Positions 58,504 to 64,000 of a DNA stretch of 64,000 nucleotides are shown one piece after another (position 1 is the first letter of the stretch; each line of letters begins with the position of its first letter). The stretch comes from an uncultured Mycoplasmatota bacterium (GTDB lineage Bacteria; Bacillota_I; Bacilli_A; RF39; UBA660): contig CAMYVW010000003.1 of the NCBI GenBank assembly GCA_947302655.1, positions 12,280 through 76,279 of the forward strand, given 5' to 3'. The position numbers and the translations under genes were made by a program. The notes beneath the pieces were generated by a model, which worked only from the letters and a program-made list of their open reading frames with translations, was not told the origin of the DNA and did no database searches.

Positions 58504-60036
58504 CTATTTAACATCAATTCTATCAAATAAATGAACAGGTTCATTTAAAACTATATTTTCTTCTAATAATCCAAATTCAATAGTTTGATCAAATAATGTA
58601 TTTTTTGTATTCAACTGTTCAAATATTTTTGAAGCTGTGTTAGGAATAAAAGCTTGAAGATAAATTGTTGTTATTCTTATTACTTCAAGTAAATTATATA
58701 AAACAGTTCTTAATCTATCATGACTTGACTCATCTTTAGCAAGAATCCATGGAGTAGTATCATCGATGTATTTATTAGCTTTCTTTAATACTTCAAAGAT
58801 TTCTTGTAATGCTTCTCCCACTTTAAGTTCATCAACTTTAGAACATACAATATCATGTAGTTGTAAGCAAGAACTTATTAAATCATCATCAATAGATTCA
58901 TTAACTTTAGGATTAGTAACAATTCCATCAAAATATTTTTTTGACATGCTTATGGTTCTATTAACTAAATTTCCTAAATTGTTAACTAAATCAGCATTAG
59001 TTCTATTAATAAGTGATTCTTCAGTGAAGGCACCATCACTACCAAAAGGAACTTCTCTTAAAACATAATATCTAACAGCATCAACACCATATGAATTAAT
59101 AAATTCTCTAGGATCTTTACCATTTCCAAAACTCTTAGATATTTTGCCACCATTTATAACAAGCCAACCATGACCAAACACCTTCTTTGGTAAAGGTATA
59201 TTTAATGCCATTAGTATTATAGGCCATATAATAACATGAAATCTGACTATTTCTTTTCCTACTACATGAACATCAGCTGGCCAGAACTTTTTAAAAAGTG
59301 AATCATCATCAGAATTATAACCTAATGCAGAAATATAATTTGATAATGCATCAAGCCATACATAAACAACATGTTTTTCATCAAAAGTTACAGGAATACC
59401 CCAATCAAAACTAGTTCTAGATACGCATAAATCGTCTAAACCTGGTTTTAAAAAGTTGTTTATCATTTCATTTTTTCTTGATAAAGGTTCAATAAAATCT
59501 GGATTTTCATCATAGTATTCTTCTAATCGTTTTTGATATTTAGATAATTTTAAAAAGTAAGCTTCTTCAGATACTTCATATACATCTCTTCCGCAATCTG
59601 GACACTTTCCATCAACTAGTTGAGATTCTGTCCAGAAAGACTCACATGGAGTACAATATAATCCTTTGTACTCACCTTTATATATATCTCCTTGATCATA
59701 TAACTGTTTAAATATTTTTTGAACACATGAAATATGTTCTTCATCTGTTGTTCTTATAAACTTGTCATAAGATATATTTAAAGATTTCCAAAGATCCTTA
59801 GCATTAGCAACAATTTTATCAACATATTCTTGTGGAGAAACACCAGCAGCTTCTGCTTTCTTTTGAATCTTTTGACCGTGTTCATCAGTTCCAGTTAAAT
59901 AAAAAACATCATATCCTTGTAGTCTTTTAAATCTTGCTATAGCATCGCAAATAATTGTTGTATAACAATGTCCAATATGAAAATTATCACTTGGATAATA
60001 AATTGGTGTTGTTATATAGTATGTTTTATCTTTCAT
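58504..60036 (-). CDS. metG: methionyl-tRNA synthetase (short form without C-terminal tRNA-binding domain)
   Basis: MKDKTYYITTPIYYPSDNFHIGH (HIGH motif), the KISKS motif (GGKISKSFGN) and the CxxC…CPDC zinc knuckle. Confidence 0.9.
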   Translation of the reverse strand: MKDKTYYITTPIYYPSDNFHIGHCYTTIICDAIARFKRLQGYDVFYLTGTDEHGQKIQKKAEAAGVSPQEYVDKIVANAKDLWKSLNISYDKFIRTTDEEHISCVQKIFKQLYDQGDIYKGEYKGLYCTPCESFWTESQLVDGKCPDCGRDVYEVSEEAYFLKLSKYQKRLEEYYDENPDFIEPLSRKNEMINNFLKPGLDDLCVSRTSFDWGIPVTFDEKHVVYVWLDALSNYISALGYNSDDDSLFKKFWPADVHVVGKEIVRFHVIIWPIILMALNIPLPKKVFGHGWLVINGGKISKSFGNGKDPREFINSYGVDAVRYYVLREVPFGSDGAFTEESLINRTNADLVNNLGNLVNRTISMSKKYFDGIVTNPKVNESIDDDLISSCLQLHDIVCSKVDELKVGEALQEIFEVLKKANKYIDDTTPWILAKDESSHDRLRTVLYNLLEVIRITTIYLQAFIPNTASKIFEQLNTKNTLFDQTIEFGLLEENIVLNEPVHLFDRIDVK

Positions 60037-60039
60037 AAA

Positions 60040-60262
60040 TCCTCCTCCTAAATAAAAAAATTCATAAATAAAGGACGAACAATACATATCCGCGGTACCA
60101 CCTTAATTTATGAATTATATTCATACACTTTAATTCTTAACGCGAATTATACGATTAAGCTCCAGAGCCATTTTCGAAACAATTTAAATGTGAATTTTCA
60201 CCTTACATCACTCTCTTATAATTTAAATTATATGTTTCTCTCTTTCCTTCATCACTTAAATT
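60040..60262 (-). promoter_or_regulatory. T-box leader upstream of metG
   Basis: Canonical T-box sequence AATTAAGGTGGTACCGCGG on the minus strand at 60090-60108. An ATG lies in an AGAGA-flanked upstream stem region. A promoter TTGAAA, 17 nt, TAAAAT sits around 60265-60298. I could not resolve the terminator/antiterminator pairing by eye. Confidence 0.6.
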
Positions 60263-60298
60263 AATATGATTTTAGCATAGCAATATACATTTTTCAAG

Positions 60299-60820
60299 CT
60301 ATAAACTAAGCTTATCATGTATATAATTGGTTAAGAACTTAATTAATTTTGTATATTTATCAATGGACTCAATATTATATAGAACAATAAAACCTGCTAT
60401 ATCGCTTTCTATATGATATGGAAATATTCTAAATGTATCTTTTAATATAATATCTTCAAACTGAAGATTTGTGTTTCTTAATTCTGTATATTCATGAACC
60501 ATAACTAGATTGGATAGCTCTCTTGGTATTACTTTACCAATAATTGCATTAAAATTCGATTTATATACTTTTCCTCTATCTGTAATTATGTAGTAACCAT
60601 TTTCAATTACTTCACCAAGTTTATCACCTATTAAATCAAAAAAAATATTATTATTTTCTACAACTGATTTTTTTCTTAATAATATTTCATTATTATTAAT
60701 TATAAATTCTAAATTTTCTCCCTCTTTAATATTTATCAATCTTCTAATTTCTGCTGGAATGACAATCCTTCCAAGTTCATCAACTCTTCTGATAATACCA
60801 CTAAAATTCAAAGCAACCAC
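60299..60820 (-). CDS. spoVT: stage V sporulation protein T (AbrB-type N-domain plus GAF)
   Basis: GIIRRVDELGRIVIPAEIRRLINIKEGENLEF…, 173 aa, immediately 3' of mfd as in Bacillus. Confidence 0.8.
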   Translation of the reverse strand: MVALNFSGIIRRVDELGRIVIPAEIRRLINIKEGENLEFIINNNEILLRKKSVVENNNIFFDLIGDKLGEVIENGYYIITDRGKVYKSNFNAIIGKVIPRELSNLVMVHEYTELRNTNLQFEDIILKDTFRIFPYHIESDIAGFIVLYNIESIDKYTKLIKFLTNYIHDKLSL

Positions 60821-60915
60821 TCCTATAAATATTTTTTGTTATGTAAAGATATTTATACAATTAATTGACTTTTTACAAAAAAAATCACATACTTTAATAG
60901 AAAAGAGGTAAATAA

Positions 60916-61401
60916 ATGCAAGTAGAAGCAACAATTGAAATACCAATGGGTACTCAAAATAAATATGAAGTAGATCCAAAAACTAGAAGAATTAAATTAG
61001 ATAGAGTATTGTCATCCAGTGTTAGCTATCCAAGTGAATATGGTTTTATAGAAAATACTCTTGCCGGAGATAAAGACCCACTAGATATTTTAGTATTAAC
61101 AACATATCCAACATTTCCAGGTTGTATTATAAAAAGTAGAATTTTGGGATACCTAGAACTTATTGATAATGGCTATACAGATGAAAAAGTAATTTCCGTA
61201 AATGCAACCGATCCTAGATATGATCACATAAAAACAATTGATGATCTTCCTGAACATATAATCGAAGAAATAAAAGAATTCTTTAAAACCTATAAACACC
61301 TACAAGGAATAAACGTAACTGTTGGTAACGTATATGGTCTTGAAGAAACACTAAAACTAATAGATGAATGCAAAAAAAGATTTACAGAGAATAACCTGTA
61401 A
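60916..61401 (+). CDS. ppa: inorganic pyrophosphatase, family I
   Basis: …IEIPMGTQNKYEVD…YPSEYGFIENTLAGDKDPLDILVL…, 161 aa. Confidence 0.85.
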   Translation: MQVEATIEIPMGTQNKYEVDPKTRRIKLDRVLSSSVSYPSEYGFIENTLAGDKDPLDILVLTTYPTFPGCIIKSRILGYLELIDNGYTDEKVISVNATDPRYDHIKTIDDLPEHIIEEIKEFFKTYKHLQGINVTVGNVYGLEETLKLIDECKKRFTENNL

Positions 61402-61408
61402 ATCTTTT

Positions 61409-64000
61409 CTATATTATCTTTTCAAGAAGAGGGACTAAATAATACAAGAAATGTTTATCATCTTTTTTTATAAAAAACTGTATAACAATACAATCATTTA
61501 AATATTTAAACTTAAAATTGGTTGATATTTGCATAGCTTCTATAAAAAGTGTATCTCCTTTAATATTTTCGGAAATATTTTTAGGAAGTGTAATTTCAAC
61601 AAATCTTTCATTCTGTATTACTTTTGAAATATTGCATGATTTGGCCATACTATCAAACCACTCTTCATACATATATATTTCAAGATTTTCTGGAAGTTTT
61701 CCAAATCTATTTTCCAACTCAGCTTTAACATTATTAAAAGTTTGACTTGAAACAACCGTATTAATAAGTTGATGTATTTCAATTTTAATATCATCATCAC
61801 TTACATAATCATCACTTATGTGTGTTTCTACATTTATTAAACTATTTCCCTCTTTACTTTCTTCAAGTAGATCAGAATCATTTCCAGATAAACTCTCTGA
61901 AATAAGTTTAGTATATAAGCTGATACCAATAGAATCAATAAATCCAGCTTGTTCACTTCCAATTAAATCTCCTGCTCCCCTTATTGATAAATCTTTCATT
62001 GCTATTCTGTATCCACTACCTAGTTCTGTATATTCTTTTATAGCTTCAAGTCTCTTGGTTGCAGTTTCTGATAATAACTTACCCGGTTTATAAAGAAGAT
62101 AAGTATAAGCTATTCTATTTGTTCTTCCAACTCTACCTCTAAGCTGATATAGTTGGCTTAATCCGAATTTATCAGCATCATAAACAATTAATGTATTAGC
62201 ATTTGGAATATCAATACCAGTTTCAATAATTGTTGTACACAATAAAACATCAAACTCATGGTTTATGAATCTTTCCATAATAGATTCAAGTTCATTTTTA
62301 TTCATTTGACCATGGGCAACACAGATATTAGCATCAGGTACTAATTTTTTTATTAATGTGGCTTTTGAAATAATATGTTCAACAGAATTATATAGAATAA
62401 ATACTTGACCATTTCTGGATAATTCCTTATATATAGCATCTTTTACTAATAAATCATTATCTTCAATAACATATGTTTGAATAGGATATCTATCAACTGG
62501 AGGCGTATCAATAATCGACATATCTCTTACTCCAGATAAAGCCATCTTCATTGTTCTAGGTATTGGAGTAGCTGATAATGTTAAAACATTAATATTTGTT
62601 TTTACTTCTTTTATTTTTTCTTTATGGGTAACACCAAATCTTTGTTCCTCATCGATTACTAATAAACCTAATTTTTTTAGCTTTATTTCATCATTTAATA
62701 AGCGATGTGTACCAATAACTATATCAATGGATCCTGATAATAATCCATTTACAATTCTTTTATATTCTTTCTGAGTAGTAAACCTATTGATTAAAGCAAT
62801 TTCAACAGGAAAGTTTTTAAAACGTTGTACTGCACTTTCATATTGTTGCTTAGATAATATTGTTGTTGGACATAAATACATAACTTGAGAACCATTATAA
62901 ACAGTTTTAAACATTGCCCTAAATGCAACTTCCGTCTTTCCAAAACCTACATCACCGCATAAAAGTCGATCCATTGGTTTAGAACTTCTTAAATCATTGT
63001 TTACATCATCAATTGCTTTTAATTGATCCTTAGTTAATTCATAAATAAACTCTGAAGCAAATATTTCTTCTTCTGGAAAATCTTTATAAAAATCACTACT
63101 AACTTGAGATCTTTCCCGATAAAGTTTAATTAATTTTTCAGAGATATCATTAATTTTTTTCTTTATAGTAGCTTTAGTCTTCGCCCATAACGTTGAATTT
63201 AAATGATTAAGTTTTGGAGCAGTACCATCTGCATCTCCATACTTATATAAATTACTAATATTTTCAACAGGAACATATATTTTATCGTTGCCTGCAAAGT
63301 TTAATTGTAGGTAATCTTTTGCCAAGCCATTTTTTGTAATACTCATAATTCCTACATACTGACAAATACCATATCCAACATGAACAACATAATCTCCAAC
63401 TTCAAGCTGATTAGCAGATTTTACTTTTTTTCCAAAATGATATTTGTTTTTATATACTATTTTATCATCATTTTTACTATATAAATCATTTGTAGAAAAA
63501 ACAGCAAATTTATCAAACATAAAACCTTTATTAATTTCAAGGGAAATAAAAGTAATATTATTATTAAAAATAGAAGCTAATTGATTTTTTAATTCATTAT
63601 TTTTAGTACAAAAATAAATACTAAAGTTTGATAGTAAAAGCTTTTGTATATCCAATTTTAAGTTATCAAAATTTCCGTGATAATTAATAATTTCTTTTGA
63701 ATTCAAATCAATATCAGATGTTGAATAATCAAATTTATCTAAATTATTATGGTGTTTAAAATGAATATCATCAAAATCAAACATTAATTTATGATATTTC
63801 TCATCTTTACGTTCAAAATACTCAGTAATATCATCCTGTAGTTTCTTATAAGCTGCATCTATTTGAGGTCTATCAATAAAGAATGTCCAATTAGGTTTTA
63901 TATAATCATATAAAGAACTGCTGGAATTAGAAAATAATTCAGAAAACGGTGTTATTAAAAAACTATCAAGTACTTTTGTTGATAACTGCGTTTCTGAGTC
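61409..64000 (-). CDS. mfd: transcription-repair coupling factor Mfd, 5'-partial (N-terminus beyond window end)
   Basis: RecG-like helicase motifs GDVGFGKTEVA and LVIDEEQRFGV, plus the C-terminal TRG/D7 region. The reading frame stays open from the ATG at 63784 to nt 64000, so the real start lies outside the window. Confidence 0.9.
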   Translation of the reverse strand, partial: DSETQLSTKVLDSFLITPFSELFSNSSSSLYDYIKPNWTFFIDRPQIDAAYKKLQDDITEYFERKDEKYHKLMFDFDDIHFKHHNNLDKFDYSTSDIDLNSKEIINYHGNFDNLKLDIQKLLLSNFSIYFCTKNNELKNQLASIFNNNITFISLEINKGFMFDKFAVFSTNDLYSKNDDKIVYKNKYHFGKKVKSANQLEVGDYVVHVGYGICQYVGIMSITKNGLAKDYLQLNFAGNDKIYVPVENISNLYKYGDADGTAPKLNHLNSTLWAKTKATIKKKINDISEKLIKLYRERSQVSSDFYKDFPEEEIFASEFIYELTKDQLKAIDDVNNDLRSSKPMDRLLCGDVGFGKTEVAFRAMFKTVYNGSQVMYLCPTTILSKQQYESAVQRFKNFPVEIALINRFTTQKEYKRIVNGLLSGSIDIVIGTHRLLNDEIKLKKLGLLVIDEEQRFGVTHKEKIKEVKTNINVLTLSATPIPRTMKMALSGVRDMSIIDTPPVDRYPIQTYVIEDNDLLVKDAIYKELSRNGQVFILYNSVEHIISKATLIKKLVPDANICVAHGQMNKNELESIMERFINHEFDVLLCTTIIETGIDIPNANTLIVYDADKFGLSQLYQLRGRVGRTNRIAYTYLLYKPGKLLSETATKRLEAIKEYTELGSGYRIAMKDLSIRGAGDLIGSEQAGFIDSIGISLYTKLISESLSGNDSDLLEESKEGNSLINVETHISDDYVSDDDIKIEIHQLINTVVSSQTFNNVKAELENRFGKLPENLEIYMYEEWFDSMAKSCNISKVIQNERFVEITLPKNISENIKGDTLFIEAMQISTNFKFKYLNDCIVIQFFIKKDDKHFLYYLVPLLEKII

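Noticed and set aside
60040-60262. Clear intrinsic terminator/antiterminator pairing for the metG T-box
   Set aside because: The T-box consensus 19-mer is unambiguous. I could not, however, identify by eye a convincing terminator helix preceding the U-run, so the expression platform, whether transcriptional or translational, is left unassigned.
1-64000. Search for CRISPR arrays, rRNA genes, IS elements/transposases, integrases or prophage genes
   Set aside because: I saw no direct-repeat/spacer arrays, no rRNA-like GC-rich blocks, and no transposase, integrase, recombinase or phage structural gene signatures in any frame. The only RNA gene found is tRNA-Trp.

Overview
This is a very AT-rich (roughly 25-30% GC) chromosomal segment from a walled, spore-forming, low-GC Firmicute, probably an Erysipelotrichia- or Clostridia-like organism. 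That reading rests on the sporulation genes spoVT, spoVG, yabP-yabQ-divIC, yabG and veg, a SleB-like hydrolase, and the peptidoglycan genes FemAB, uppP, a LysM amidase and a 3D-domain protein. Core content is ribosomal: rplK-rplA-rplJ-rplL, then small genes of unknown function where rpoBC normally sits, then rpsL-rpsG-fusA-tuf. The rest of the core is typA, uppP, mscL, a [FeFe]-hydrogenase catalytic subunit, tRNA-Trp, rpsI-rplM-truA, rsmA, tatD, metG behind a T-box leader, ppa and the 3' three-quarters of mfd. I found no rRNA, no CRISPR array and no obvious IS elements. The stand-out accessory region is a ~19.7 kb, almost entirely minus-strand gene array at 22.77-42.5 kb. It encodes at least eight secreted proteins with SipW-cognate (TasA-type) signal peptides, with the motif TYAWF / TYSYF preceding a TasA-like beta core. 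Two of them are tandem, codon-optimised, Thr/Ala/Gly-rich likely major subunits carrying a C-terminal Ig-like domain. There are three SipW-type signal-peptidase homologues: one canonical, one fused to a ~450-aa C-terminal domain, and one with degenerate catalytic motifs. The array also holds a membrane-anchored McrB-family AAA+ GTPase with a McrC-like partner, a 1056-aa Asn/Ser/Tyr-rich putative adhesin, a 538-aa charged cytoplasmic protein and a coupled 44-aa acidic ORF. I read this as an undescribed, elaborated TasA/SipW-type extracellular fibre (pilus or biofilm-matrix) system with an unusual co-operonic GTPase module. Other notable items are a pair of catalytically dead EcfA-like ABC ATPase paralogues upstream of truA with no ecfT, an Abi_2 abortive-infection gene, an Alg13/Alg14-type glycosyltransferase cluster, and a ~60-aa acidic C-terminal extension on ribosomal protein L11.
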